A stretch of DNA of 64,000 nucleotides from a virus (IMGVR_UViG_3300023435_000009); one strand, 5' to 3'; positions 10,301-19,496 are shown, counted from the stretch's first letter. The notes: a model not told the origin generated them from the sequence alone. Numbers and translations: made by a program.

Positions 10301-11490
10301 TATCTCTGAGTGATGACCTGGCATATCTGCTTGGGGCTTGGCATGGGGATGGTTCTGTGAGACCCCATGGTGTTGCCTTCACGGAGAATCGAAAGGAAGT
10401 CACAATTGAAAGGTTGCTCATAAACTCGCTGGAAAGGGTGCATGGGGCAAAAAAGGTCGCCTGTTACCATTATGCCAGTCGGCCAGGGTCCTTTGACATG
10501 GAGTTGTACGACGCATCCTTTAAACGTTGGTTCGAGGACTTGGCGGAAAAAAGATGTGTTGCAGTACCTCGGATAGTGCGAGAAGCATCCCAACAGTCTG
10601 TCATTTTTTTCCTGAAAGGTCTTTTCGATACTGATGGTTGGATAAACAATCGGGGTATTATCGGAGTCTCCTCCAAAACGGATTCTCTCTTGCGACAGGT
10701 CCAACTGTTGTTCCAGGCCATGGGGATAGATTCGCATTTGTCGTCACGGCAACAGAAGCTGGAGGTAACGAATAAATCTTACACTGTATGGACTTTGCGG
10801 ATAAGGGGTTGGGAATCTTGTTGCTCCTTCGTTCGATTGGTGGGTTTCAGTGAGCCCTGGAAACAGGAACGAGCGATGAAGCGGTTGAATACCGTGCCGA
10901 AGAGGAAACGTTCGGATCAGGTCTACCCCTTCCCGAAGATGTTCCGGGCACTCGTAAAAAGGCATCTTCCGTATCGCTTGGTTAAGGATGGGACTGTTCG
11001 ACGGTCCTTATACAATCAGGTGCATCGTGTGAAACAAAGGGGTGTCGTTCCTGAGGACACCGTGCGGTACGTCCTGGACGTGTTACACCGTAGAGGTGTT
11101 CAGGATGAGGATGCAACCTTCCTCCAACAGATGTTGGACAACTGGCATGTGCTACAGGTTGTTGCGTGTGATCCTACGGGGGAGATTGCCCCTGTGTATG
11201 ACCTGGAGGTAGGGGGGGATCACGAGTACCAGACGGGGCCGTTGCTCTCCCACAACTGTGAGCGTTCCGCTGATGTGGTGACGGCATCTTGGATCGATGA
11301 GGAACTGTCAAAGGCTAACCGGGTGCAGTTCCAATGCCTCAAATCTCGTGACCAAAAGCCCTTCGAGATGTTCAACGCACGGGTAGAGTGGCCATGCCGG
11401 AGACTTCTCACAAGCAGCGATCCGGTTATGTCAGCGCAGCAGCAGGAATCGGTAGGGAATCAATTGGACAAGATTAAGAAACTGGACTGA
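7333..11490 (+). CDS. dnaB: Replicative DnaB-family helicase with two inteins
   Basis: Spliced motifs AAFTGGLK|ST, IFSLEM, VFVDHAGL, VVALFQINRE, SYSNE|CERSADVV, LKSRD. Confidence 0.9.
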   Translation: MKVLLRSCFMVGSGDPRKELYDNYFVLRSSGLEFNTNEDQVLWRHVQDFVRMHNHVPDNLSVRHHFEQLREDEIVKRLAHLSSLQVITRGDFITRVTDLAEERRIRLVGEVLQDAADIVRVGREFRSGKEVLKLKGPAAAIKYILDKSHDIVAPTLGGKLSGEVTRDGTDFQAEYKKIAENPRAGVGQHTGIFQMDTALNGAKRHELWVHAAFTGGLKCVAGDTRIFDLATGKLHTVFDLYTLGHAPLVHTLDEKSWEITRGQASTVVQSGVRPIFRITSKSGRQIRVSGNHPFLTPEGWINAEDLQPGSWVAMPGGMPGCTLLSPFSDEEIALIGYLLGDGHIKDDISFTNGNPEILDDFVRCLKALGYKEYAGTVKSRTASFRFMADRPSSRMIRVSKSTGNSPRHPWTSPLRLTLERLGLWGCTSGDKHIPLEMWQMTDKQVWVLLAALWAADGTVRTETSGRGRRPRPKAHYTTKSRRLAWDIQALLQRVGVSSTIAPINVLYQGEYRRYWTLLVTTNEGKRQFLSHVRIAGKGAFVKEALAAVSSNEGTDWVPPALLSEIDDSVRAKTRQGGWHYARHAKRKGAIQRDTAVRLALASANPIALKKVQSTIHWDRLVEIVPDGGEMTYDLSVPGTANFVANGFIVHNSTLMLNWAYNQAIWYKWNSLIFSLEMPYQQCRRLLYSMHSFHRKFDAIRHKMGLQKDPTSAVGLPYVNIRDGTLAEWHPEAEKFLEDFVIPDMNGIPVIKTKDPETGQPWFCDYGRIHIEVADPEKSDFTVIDMRQKAELLFSQDPFSLVFVDHAGLMAPRKWVSSTTDRLNEVIRDLKRMAMSFNKGQGLPVVALFQINREGYRSAMKSKDKGGVARYDLTHLSYSNECCKSLTLLRFARGAFPIREAVVGDRVWSNTGWKDVLGVYPQGDRPIWCVQTDRGSKLECTADHRVRVFREEQLEWEQVENLKPGDWLLGSRGGSFPEVTPVLPESWGNTVSLSDDLAYLLGAWHGDGSVRPHGVAFTENRKEVTIERLLINSLERVHGAKKVACYHYASRPGSFDMELYDASFKRWFEDLAEKRCVAVPRIVREASQQSVIFFLKGLFDTDGWINNRGIIGVSSKTDSLLRQVQLLFQAMGIDSHLSSRQQKLEVTNKSYTVWTLRIRGWESCCSFVRLVGFSEPWKQERAMKRLNTVPKRKRSDQVYPFPKMFRALVKRHLPYRLVKDGTVRRSLYNQVHRVKQRGVVPEDTVRYVLDVLHRRGVQDEDATFLQQMLDNWHVLQVVACDPTGEIAPVYDLEVGGDHEYQTGPLLSHNCERSADVVTASWIDEELSKANRVQFQCLKSRDQKPFEMFNARVEWPCRRLLTSSDPVMSAQQQESVGNQLDKIKKLD
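7987..9285 (+). mobile_element. Intein with LAGLIDADG endonuclease in DnaB P-loop (433 aa)
   Basis: CVAGDT...FIVHN|S; GYLLGDG and ALWAADG; block B SGNHPFLT. Confidence 0.93.
9973..11256 (+). mobile_element. Intein with LAGLIDADG endonuclease near DnaB motif H4 (428 aa)
   Basis: CCKSLT...LLSHN|C; GAWHGDG and KGLFDTDG; block B TADHRVR. Confidence 0.92.
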
Positions 11491-11501
11491 CGAGGACTAC
11501 A

Positions 11502-12851
11502 ATGAAAGACCTTTTTGACTTCCTTACCCCCGAGACGGACACCCCAGCGGAGACTTCGGTCAAGACCTCGGTGGAAACATCACAGGAGTGTCTGTTAGTT
11601 ACCCCTGAGTCCACCGCAGAAGTAGAACTCCCCCCTGAGGAGACCCCGATCGAGACTCCTGTGGAAACTCCTGTTGAGATCCTGGAGGAGACTCCAGTAA
11701 AGGCTCCGACTCCTGCTGTTGCAACAGGATACGAATCCAAGGAGGATCTGCTGGGTACCTGTTTGCCGCCGCAGACGGAGCCATGGGGTATCGAGGACTT
11801 GATCGACCCTGTACCTCCCGTTCAGGCAACGGGTTGGACGCCTCCAGAGGAGAAGCGGGACTTCGATTGGTCTACTCCTGAGTCCACCGCAGAAGTAGAA
11901 CTCCCCCCATATGCTTCGGAAGGGTGGACACCCCCGGATGATCTGATCAGCTATTTGTTGACCTTGATCTCCCCGCCGGACGAGAAGGCCCTTTATCTTG
12001 AGGACTTAGCGCTTATCAAGTGGGCTGAATGGGCCAAGCGCCCAGACAACTCGCTGTGCGGGTTGATCACACGGGGGACGCCCACCGATGAGCAGTCGAA
12101 GGAGTTGCACCGAGTCTTGAAACCTGGGGCACATCTCCTGCTTATCGCTCCTGATGCAGAACCGTGGGGATCGACGGGTGCTTGCAGTGTAGAGGATTCC
12201 GGGTTCGAGATCAGGGACGCCATTGCCATTGCCCTGCCGTTGGATGAGTTGGCGAAGCTTCCCTCAGCGAGCACACCACCTTGTCATCCTTTCCACTACG
12301 TTCCCAAGGCCGACAGGGGCGAGCGGGAACTGGGCTGTGATGCCCTGGGTGGGAAGAGCGGAGCGGAGGCCGTAGGTCGGAAGGAGGGGGACGCTGGAAC
12401 CGCTCACGGTGCGGCGGGGGCCGGGCACGGTAACAGCAGAATTCGGAACTTTCATCCAACGGTAAAACCCGTTGATTTAATGGTAAAAATCCTCCATGAC
12501 GTGCCCAAGACCCCTGAGGATTTCGAGGTGCCTACCCCCACGGTGGACACTAAGGCGTCGGACGTGCTGGACCCCTATATGGTCCTCGATCCCTTCCTGG
12601 GTTCCGGGTCCACAGGGCTGGCGTGCATGGAGACAGGCCACAATTTCAGGGGGATGGAGCGGGAGGAACCCTATTTGGAGATCGCCACCGCTCGGGCCGA
12701 ACTGTGGCGCAGCAGGCTCGGAGCGAAGAAGGGTTCCGCAACCCTTCTCGGTGACGAGGGAAGTCGTCCCATCATCATTTCGGACGTGGGCACCACCCTG
12801 TTGGTCACGGAAGAGCCTCAGGAAGAGCCTGAACTCGATGTGTTTTTCTAG
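11502..12851 (+). CDS. Beta-class N4/N6 DNA methyltransferase SAM-binding module (C*) with degenerate DPPY segment and acidic Pro/Glu/Thr N-terminus
   Basis: FHYVPKA..NFHPTVKPVDLM..VLDPFLGSGSTG..FRGMEREEPY. Upstream RVLKPG..DSGFEIRD is present, but LCGLITRGTP stands where IVxDPPY is expected. Confidence 0.85.
   Translation: MKDLFDFLTPETDTPAETSVKTSVETSQECLLVTPESTAEVELPPEETPIETPVETPVEILEETPVKAPTPAVATGYESKEDLLGTCLPPQTEPWGIEDLIDPVPPVQATGWTPPEEKRDFDWSTPESTAEVELPPYASEGWTPPDDLISYLLTLISPPDEKALYLEDLALIKWAEWAKRPDNSLCGLITRGTPTDEQSKELHRVLKPGAHLLLIAPDAEPWGSTGACSVEDSGFEIRDAIAIALPLDELAKLPSASTPPCHPFHYVPKADRGERELGCDALGGKSGAEAVGRKEGDAGTAHGAAGAGHGNSRIRNFHPTVKPVDLMVKILHDVPKTPEDFEVPTPTVDTKASDVLDPYMVLDPFLGSGSTGLACMETGHNFRGMEREEPYLEIATARAELWRSRLGAKKGSATLLGDEGSRPIIISDVGTTLLVTEEPQEEPELDVFF
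11604..11908 (+). repeat. 32-bp exact direct repeat (11604-11635 and 11877-11908) encoding PESTAEVELP
   Basis: CCTGAGTCCACCGCAGAAGTAGAACTCCCCCC read twice. Confidence 0.95.
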
Positions 12852-12860
12852 GGGGACATT

Positions 12861-13583
12861 GTGGGCGCTTACAGTTGCACACAGCTTCAACTTGGGGACT
12901 GCACAGTGCTGATGGATGCTCTCCCGGAGGGTTCCGTGGGGGCCATCGTTTGTGACCCACCTTACGGCTTGGAGTTCATGGCCCTTGACTGGGAGAAACT
13001 TGGAGACAAAGTCCCCAAGTCCATCAGGAACTTCAAGGGGTTCAAAGAAGGCGATGGTGCCCTTCGGTTACCCAAGTATTCATCCACCTCTCGGTACAGC
13101 ACTCCCAACAGAACGTGTTCAGTGTGTGGTGGGATGGAGCGGGGGACACGGCGCAAATGTCCCTGTGAGAGACCCCACGATCATTGGAAGCCTATTGGGA
13201 AGCGGCGCAAGCTGCCTGAGGACACCCCAGATGGTGTGACAGGTGGTGGGATGCAGGATCATCTCCTGGCCATTGGTCTGTGGCACACTCTCTGGTTGAA
13301 GAGCGCCCTGCGAGTACTCCAGCCAGGTGGGATTGCTAAGATTTTCAGCGGAACGAGAACGTTCCACAGGCTGGCTTGGGCGATGGGAGAGGCCGGGTTT
13401 GAGATCCTACGGATCGATGCCTGGACCTATGGTTCAGGCTGGCCCAAGTCCCTGGATGTTGGGCGGTCCATGCGGAAACGGTTGGGTCTCCCTGATGACA
13501 GTCCCGTCCTGTGCGACGGATATGGCACAGCATTGAAGTCCTGCTGGGAACCTTTCCTAGTAGGGAGGAAGGCATTGGTATGA
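12861..13583 (+). CDS. Split MTase catalytic module A1 (DPPY half, no SAM-binding motif)
   Basis: QLGDC..IVCDPPYGLEFM..RVLQPGG..YGSGWPKS..GYGTALKSCWEPFLVGRK, then stop. Confidence 0.88.
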   Translation: MGAYSCTQLQLGDCTVLMDALPEGSVGAIVCDPPYGLEFMALDWEKLGDKVPKSIRNFKGFKEGDGALRLPKYSSTSRYSTPNRTCSVCGGMERGTRRKCPCERPHDHWKPIGKRRKLPEDTPDGVTGGGMQDHLLAIGLWHTLWLKSALRVLQPGGIAKIFSGTRTFHRLAWAMGEAGFEILRIDAWTYGSGWPKSLDVGRSMRKRLGLPDDSPVLCDGYGTALKSCWEPFLVGRKALV

Positions 13584-14200
13584 GAAAACTCCTTCAGTTA
13601 CAACTCGGAGACAGCGCCCGATTGATGCGGGATCTCCCGGAGGGGTGCATCGGAGCCGTCATCTGCGATCCTCCCTACGGACTGGAATTCATGGGGAAGA
13701 GCTGGGATGCCCCCTGGAAAGAAGTGGGCATGGAACCGGAGAACACTGAGGAATACACGGGGTGTGCCTCCGACAGCCGTGCCTTTCAGGAGTGGGCAAC
13801 GATCTGGTTGCGTGAGTGCCATCGTGTCTTGCAACCAGGGGGCCTCATCAAGGTTTTCGGTGGCACACGAAAATACCACCGGATGGGTGCGGCGATGGTT
13901 CAGGCAGGGTTCGAGATCGAACGCCTGGAAGCCTGGGTTTATGGTTCGGGTTTCCCGAAGAGCCTGGATGTCGCCAAGGCCCTGGACAAGTCGCTTGGTG
14001 CTGAACGGGAGGTTCTCTCCACCCGCAAGGGTCATGGGAACACCGGCTCCGGGTGTTACAACTGGAACAACCCGGATGACCTGACTGATCGTTCTGTGGT
14101 CCCTATCACGGAGCCTGCCTCGGACAGCGCCAAGAAATATAAGGGATATGGAACAACGCTGAAACCAGCGTGGGAGCCCTTCCTGGTGGGGCGAAAATGA
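13580..14200 (+). CDS. Split MTase catalytic module A2
   Basis: ATGA-coupled start. VICDPPY..GSGFPKS..GYGTTLKPAWEPFLVGRK, then stop. Confidence 0.88.
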   Translation: MRKLLQLQLGDSARLMRDLPEGCIGAVICDPPYGLEFMGKSWDAPWKEVGMEPENTEEYTGCASDSRAFQEWATIWLRECHRVLQPGGLIKVFGGTRKYHRMGAAMVQAGFEIERLEAWVYGSGFPKSLDVAKALDKSLGAEREVLSTRKGHGNTGSGCYNWNNPDDLTDRSVVPITEPASDSAKKYKGYGTTLKPAWEPFLVGRK

Positions 14201-14628
14201 TCGTGATCACCGTCGCCAGGAAGCCTTTAGAAGGTTCCGTTGCCACTAACGTGCAACGATGGGGCACAGGCGCTTTGAACATCGATGCTTGTAGACTGGA
14301 AATTGGGGACACAGAACGGGCAGTTATAGACAGTCGTAGCGGAGGTACCTCTGTTGACTATGACTGGCAGGGTCCAGTGGTGATGAGATCGGTTGGGGAA
14401 CGGTACACCTCACATGTTGCCGGAAGGTGGCCCTCTAACTTCATCCTCCAGGGAGATTGCTCCGTCAGGGAGTTAAACAATCAGAGTGGCGTTACGAAGA
14501 ACGGCGGGTCAAACGCCAACAAGTTGGTCGTTGGGCTGGGGGTCGTTGGCTGGTGTACCGGGAGTGCCACGAACTATGCGGGTGACGTCGGTGGGGCATC
14601 CAGGTTCTTCAAACAGGTAACGAGATGA
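14197..14628 (+). CDS. Split MTase middle module B1
   Basis: MIVITVARKPLEG..GTGALNIDACR..GRWPSN..GGASRFFKQV. Confidence 0.85.
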   Translation: MIVITVARKPLEGSVATNVQRWGTGALNIDACRLEIGDTERAVIDSRSGGTSVDYDWQGPVVMRSVGERYTSHVAGRWPSNFILQGDCSVRELNNQSGVTKNGGSNANKLVVGLGVVGWCTGSATNYAGDVGGASRFFKQVTR

Positions 14629-15392
14629 TAACCCAGTTTCAACTTGGGGACTGTGTTGCCCTGATGAAGTCAATGTCCGAGGGGTCCGTAGGCTCCATCG
14701 TCAGTGATCCTCCCTATGGGCTGGAGTTCATGGGGATGCAGTGGGACAAGCTCGACACGGGCGACAGCCACGTTGGGCAGATGAGCAACAGCGGGTTCTC
14801 CACCGGCACCGGACCCAACGCTGGGCGACCCAACTATGGGGCCAGCGCCAACCTCAAGTGTCGGACCTGTAACCGCTGGCTTTGGGATCAGGAGAAGCGG
14901 AAGTGCCAGTGTGCCATTCCCGACCTTCCTAACTTCAAAGCGATCCAGAACAGGACCATCCAACAGTGGCATGAGGGCTGGTTGTCTGAGGCTCTTCGTG
15001 TCCTGCGGCCCGGTGGGCTCATTAAGGCATTCAGCAGCCCCCGGCTGTTCCACAGGCTGGCGACAGCGATGACCAATGCCGGGTTCGAGGTGCTCCGCTT
15101 GGAGGCTTGGGTGTATGGCTCAGGGTTCCCCAAGAACCACAACATTTCCAGGGCCATTGACATGACCAAGGGGGTCTTTGACCAGCGGAAGGTCATAGGG
15201 CACAAAAGGGGCGTCATGGCACTAGACAGTCTCGGTTTCGGTGGGATCGCACGGGGGGTGGTAGGGGCGCACCAAAAGGCCACTGACGTGCCCGTGACGG
15301 TCCCAGCGTCTCCTGAGGGTCTCCGCTTCTGGGGCTACGGAACTGCCCTCAAGTCCTGTTGGGAGCCTTTCGTGGTGGGGAGGCGGGCGTGA
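14625..15392 (+). CDS. Split MTase catalytic module A3
   Basis: IVSDPPY..GSGFPKN..GYGTALKSCWEPFVVGRR. Confidence 0.88.
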   Translation: MITQFQLGDCVALMKSMSEGSVGSIVSDPPYGLEFMGMQWDKLDTGDSHVGQMSNSGFSTGTGPNAGRPNYGASANLKCRTCNRWLWDQEKRKCQCAIPDLPNFKAIQNRTIQQWHEGWLSEALRVLRPGGLIKAFSSPRLFHRLATAMTNAGFEVLRLEAWVYGSGFPKNHNISRAIDMTKGVFDQRKVIGHKRGVMALDSLGFGGIARGVVGAHQKATDVPVTVPASPEGLRFWGYGTALKSCWEPFVVGRRA

Positions 15393-15841
15393 TCATCATC
15401 ACAGTCGCCAGGAAGCCCCTGGACGGGACAGTTGTTGCTACGGTTCTCACATGGAGTGCCGGGGGGCTGAACATCGACGGTTGTCGAGTTACTGGTGTTC
15501 CACCCTCCGTCCCACAATGGAACAGAGCGGCTGGAAATGCTCCCTTTGACGCAGACGGTAGAAACGGCAGGATGTCTCAACCATCACAGTTGGGACGTTG
15601 GCCTTCTAACTTGATCCTCTCCCATGCACCCGGTTGCGGAGTAGACTGTGAAGGAGGTTGTCCCGTGTCCGAGATGGCTCGCCAGGGAGACCTTGTGGGA
15701 AGCCACAGTGCAGGAAGTCAGAAGGCTCCGCAATATGGTCCGAGTCAGCATCCCGATTGGTTGTTCAATGGTTTCGGTGCAAATGCCCGCATAGGGGATA
15801 CAGGCTCTGCGGCTCGGTTCTTCAAACAGGTGAAGCGATGA
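15389..15841 (+). CDS. Split MTase middle module B2
   Basis: GTGA-coupled start. ITVARKPLDG..LNIDGCR..GRWPSNL..AARFFKQV. Confidence 0.85.
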   Translation: MIIITVARKPLDGTVVATVLTWSAGGLNIDGCRVTGVPPSVPQWNRAAGNAPFDADGRNGRMSQPSQLGRWPSNLILSHAPGCGVDCEGGCPVSEMARQGDLVGSHSAGSQKAPQYGPSQHPDWLFNGFGANARIGDTGSAARFFKQVKR

Positions 15842-16302
15842 TCGTGATCACCGTCGCCAGGAAGCCTTTAGAAGGTTCCGTTGCCACCAACGTGCAACGA
15901 TGGGGCACAGGCGCTTTGAACATCGATGCTTGTCGGGTCGGCTCGGAACCGATTACGGTCAACAGGTGGGATGACGGCTCTAAGCCCTTCGGCGGGGGTG
16001 CCGGGCACTCCTACCACCCCGAGACCTTCACGGGCCGCTGGCCTGCTAACCTGATCCTCTCCCATGCACCTGGCTGCGGAGTAGACTGTGAGGGGGATTG
16101 TCCCGTGCCTGAGATGTCCCACCAGGGGGCGCTTGTGGGTGCTCACAGTGCAGGAAGCCAAAGGGCACCTCAGTACGGTTTGAGTCAGCATCCCGATTGG
16201 TTGTTCAATGGTTTCGGCGCAAACGCCCGAGTAGGGGACACAGGCTCGGTGGCTCGGTTTTTCAAACAGGTGAGTGATTCCCATGCCAATGTACGAATAT
16301 AG
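15838..16302 (+). CDS. Split MTase middle module B3 (B1/B2 chimera)
   Basis: 5' end nearly identical to B1; 3' part collinear with B2. Confidence 0.85.
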   Translation: MIVITVARKPLEGSVATNVQRWGTGALNIDACRVGSEPITVNRWDDGSKPFGGGAGHSYHPETFTGRWPANLILSHAPGCGVDCEGDCPVPEMSHQGALVGAHSAGSQRAPQYGLSQHPDWLFNGFGANARVGDTGSVARFFKQVSDSHANVRI

Positions 16303-16462
16303 CTGCCCTGATTGCGAGCATGATTTTGAACAGCTTGTCAAAGTAGACGACCCGACCCTTCCCTGTCCCAAGTGCGGGGGGGACCAGGTCCAGAAGAAGG
16401 TCTCCCAGTCCACCTTCAAGCTGGCAGGCGGCGGCTGGGCAAACGACGGATACTCCTCATGA
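16283..16462 (+). CDS. FmdB-family zinc ribbon protein
   Basis: MPMYEYSCPDCEHDFE..CPKCGG..SxSTFKLAGGGW. Confidence 0.88.
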   Translation: MPMYEYSCPDCEHDFEQLVKVDDPTLPCPKCGGDQVQKKVSQSTFKLAGGGWANDGYSS

Positions 16463-17130
16463 TCGTACAGCTTCAACTGGGGGACTGTGTAGAGCGGATG
16501 AAGACCCTCCCAGATTGCTCCATCGGGGCGGTGGTCAGCGATCCTCCTTATGGGCTGGAGTTCATGGGTGAGGACTGGGACAAGTTAGACATGCGGGGGA
16601 GCGCTTCCCGTCCGAACACATCCGAGTCCTCCACCTCTCGTTCTACGAGGGGGATGAATCACGGCATCCATGCGGGCAAACCTGCGTTGGATCTGACGTT
16701 GGATTCCCAGCGGGCGATGCAGGCGTGGCACCTTCAGTGGCTCCAGCAAGTCCACCGCATCCTTCAGCCAGGAGGGATCGCCAAGATATTCAGTGCCACC
16801 CGGACCTTCCACAGGCTCGCTGGAGCGATGACCGAGGCTGGATTGGAGATCCTCCGTCTGGAGATCTGGGACTATGGTTCAGGTTTCCCGAAGGGCCTCG
16901 ACGTGCCCCGTGCCTTGGATAAGCATCTTGGGGTTGAGCGCACTGTAGTGGCGGTAGGGCAACGCAAAGGTCGCTGTCCCCAGCCGATGTGGTGGGAGCA
17001 GGAAGACACTGTCGGTCAGCAGTGGGACATCACGGCCCCGACCTCCCCCCAGGCCCAGAGCTATGCTGGGTACAACACAGCGCTCAAGCCTGCGTGGGAA
17101 CCCTTCCTGGTAGGGAGAAAACCGCTGTGA
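16459..17130 (+). CDS. Split MTase catalytic module A4
   Basis: VVSDPPY..GSGFPKG..GYNTALKPAWEPFLVGRKPL. Confidence 0.88.
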   Translation: MIVQLQLGDCVERMKTLPDCSIGAVVSDPPYGLEFMGEDWDKLDMRGSASRPNTSESSTSRSTRGMNHGIHAGKPALDLTLDSQRAMQAWHLQWLQQVHRILQPGGIAKIFSATRTFHRLAGAMTEAGLEILRLEIWDYGSGFPKGLDVPRALDKHLGVERTVVAVGQRKGRCPQPMWWEQEDTVGQQWDITAPTSPQAQSYAGYNTALKPAWEPFLVGRKPL

Positions 17131-17756
17131 TCATCCAATACCAACTCGGGGACTGCGTTACTCTGATGCAGGAGCTTCCTGACGAGTCTGTGGGGGTTGT
17201 GGTCTGTGATCCACCTTACGGCCTTGGTTTTTTGAATCAGGAGTGGGATCACTTCCGAGACGGGACACAGGGATGGCACTCACAGTGGTTAGGGGAGGCA
17301 TTTAGGGTGCTCCAACCGGGGGGTCTCATCAAGGTGTTCACTGCCCCTAAGCTGATGCATCATTTGATAGTTGCGATGTCCTTTCAGTCCTTTGAGATCC
17401 TACATGTGGAGGCCTGGCTATATGGTAGCGGTTTCCCCAAATCACTGAGTGTCTCCAAGGCTGTAGACTCAGAGGTGTTGACGGGAAAAAGCAACTCGGT
17501 GGCTCTGGCTGTCAGCGAAAAAACTCGTCCTGTCGTAGGCCACAACCGTCGGGTCATTTCTGCGGGTCGGACGAAAGAGAATGAGGGATTACACGGGGGA
17601 GCAGCCTATTGGGAGCGTTGGAACAACTACCACCAGGGGGACGTTCCAGTCACGGTTGCTCGGAGCGATATAGCCCGGACCTTTGACGGTTACGGTACAT
17701 CTCTTCGTCCGGCCTGGGAGTCGTTGGTTGTAGCAAGGAGACAGGCATGTCTCTAG
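17127..17756 (+). CDS. Split MTase catalytic module A5
   Basis: GTGA-coupled start. VVCDPPY..GSGFPKS..GYGTSLRPAWESLVVARR. Confidence 0.86.
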   Translation: MIIQYQLGDCVTLMQELPDESVGVVVCDPPYGLGFLNQEWDHFRDGTQGWHSQWLGEAFRVLQPGGLIKVFTAPKLMHHLIVAMSFQSFEILHVEAWLYGSGFPKSLSVSKAVDSEVLTGKSNSVALAVSEKTRPVVGHNRRVISAGRTKENEGLHGGAAYWERWNNYHQGDVPVTVARSDIARTFDGYGTSLRPAWESLVVARRQACL

Positions 17757-18556
17757 TGCAACTTCAACTCGGGGACTGTGTAGAGAGGATGAGGGCTCTT
17801 CCTGATTGTTCCATCGGGACGCTCGTCAGTGACCCCCCCTATGGCTTGGAGTTCATGGGTCGGGAGTGGGACAAGCTCGAACCCCGCCGCAATCAGCAGC
17901 GCTGGAAAGGCACGGAACGGAAACTCATCGGGGACGGGTCCGGCGTCGGCGGTGACTTCGGGGCCAGGATGGGTGAGCTACCCTCCTACATCCCGAAGCG
18001 GAATGATCACTGCACCAAGTGCGGACACTACAAGTTCAGCGGGAACCCCTGCGTGTGTCCCACGCCCGAGTGGGAGAACCGGACGCTAGAGCACGTCGCC
18101 GCAATGCAAGCGTGGCACGAGGAGTGGCTTCAGGAGGTCTACAGAATCCTTCATCCCGGCGGGATCGCTAAGATCTTCAGTGGGTCTCGGACGTTCCATC
18201 GGTTGGCCGCAGCGATGGTTGCCGTGGGATTCGAGATGCTGCGGATCGAAGCGTGGGTTTATGGATCCGGCTTCCCGAAGTCCCACGACGTCTCACGGGC
18301 CTTGGACAAACACCACGGAGCGACACGAGCGATGGTTCGGATCGTGGGTAGTGGTGCCGGTCGGAACCCGAAGAGTATCGCCGGGGGCGAGGACATAGAG
18401 GGTGGGGATCGACCCTGGATGAGGCTCGCTCGGGAGCAGGGGTACTATGACAAAGAGGGTGGCGTCCCTGTGACTTCTGACGCCATCCGATGGGTGGGTA
18501 GGGGTACAGCCCTAAAACCCGCCTGGGAGCCCTTCCTGGTTGCAAGGAGGCCATGA
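17747..18556 (+). CDS. Split MTase catalytic module A6
   Basis: LVSDPPY..GSGFPKS..GRGTALKPAWEPFLVARRP. Confidence 0.88.
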   Translation: MSLVQLQLGDCVERMRALPDCSIGTLVSDPPYGLEFMGREWDKLEPRRNQQRWKGTERKLIGDGSGVGGDFGARMGELPSYIPKRNDHCTKCGHYKFSGNPCVCPTPEWENRTLEHVAAMQAWHEEWLQEVYRILHPGGIAKIFSGSRTFHRLAAAMVAVGFEMLRIEAWVYGSGFPKSHDVSRALDKHHGATRAMVRIVGSGAGRNPKSIAGGEDIEGGDRPWMRLAREQGYYDKEGGVPVTSDAIRWVGRGTALKPAWEPFLVARRP

Positions 18557-18843
18557 TGCCAGATCTTAGTGACATGGAGTGGGTCGTTTCCTATACGTCC
18601 CGAGGTTCAGAACTCGTCCACGAGACGGCTGCGGAATGGGACCAGCAGATCAAATCGCTCCCAACCTTTGCCCCACTAGACGACATCTACGCCGAGTTAG
18701 GACGACTCGGACGACCGGACATGGTTGACATTTTGAAGAAGGCCAGCATCGGGTTGGACGGAAAGGAACTCAACGCCTTGGTGGAGCTAATCCGGGCGGG
18801 AGTCTACTGGCAAGAAGGTCAGATGGAGTACAAACACCGATGA
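18553..18843 (+). CDS. Hypothetical protein embedded in MTase array
   Basis: ATGA-coupled on both sides. Confidence 0.65.
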   Translation: MMPDLSDMEWVVSYTSRGSELVHETAAEWDQQIKSLPTFAPLDDIYAELGRLGRPDMVDILKKASIGLDGKELNALVELIRAGVYWQEGQMEYKHR

Positions 18844-19496
18844 TTATCATCACCGTAGCCCGTAAACCTCTGAGTGGTACTGTAGCCCAAACTGTGCAGG
18901 AGCATGGAACGGGCGCACTGAACATTGACGGTTGCCGCATCTCTACCGAGGGCGAGTCATTCGTGACCCCGTTGATCTCCTCTGTGGACAACCGGACGGG
19001 AGGAGACCGAGACCTGACCTTCTGGAGTCGGTCCAATGATGAGAGGTTTAAACAAGCCCAGCGGGAGAGCATCGAGCGGACTCGTTCACTGGGTCGGTGG
19101 CCCGCCAACCTGATCATCCAACATTCAGTGGATTGTACTTGCCGGGGCCAAAAGAGGGTAAAGGGGACCAACAATGCTTCTCTCGTCAATACGGTCGCCG
19201 GATCTCTCCCAACGAAGGTGGGGGCAGTAGGATTGAAAAGAGACGCTCCCGGAATCTATGGGTATTCCGACGCAGAGGGCATGGAGACGGTTCCTGACTG
19301 GCATTGTGATCTAGGGTGCCCCGTTTTGATGTTGGATGCCCAGAGCGGTGTTCACAAGTCTCCTCCTGTAGATCGTGGGGCGGATCGGGACAAGATCTCA
19401 GGGGGCACGGGTGCCTGCTACTGCTTCGCTGGACAGTCCCCAGGGTATGGTGACGTCGGTGGGGCATCCAGGTTCTTCAAACAGGTGAAGCGATGA
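18840..19496 (+). CDS. Split MTase middle module B4
   Basis: MIIITVARKPLSG..LNIDGCR..GRWPANL..GGASRFFKQV. Confidence 0.85.
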   Translation: MIIITVARKPLSGTVAQTVQEHGTGALNIDGCRISTEGESFVTPLISSVDNRTGGDRDLTFWSRSNDERFKQAQRESIERTRSLGRWPANLIIQHSVDCTCRGQKRVKGTNNASLVNTVAGSLPTKVGAVGLKRDAPGIYGYSDAEGMETVPDWHCDLGCPVLMLDAQSGVHKSPPVDRGADRDKISGGTGACYCFAGQSPGYGDVGGASRFFKQVKR

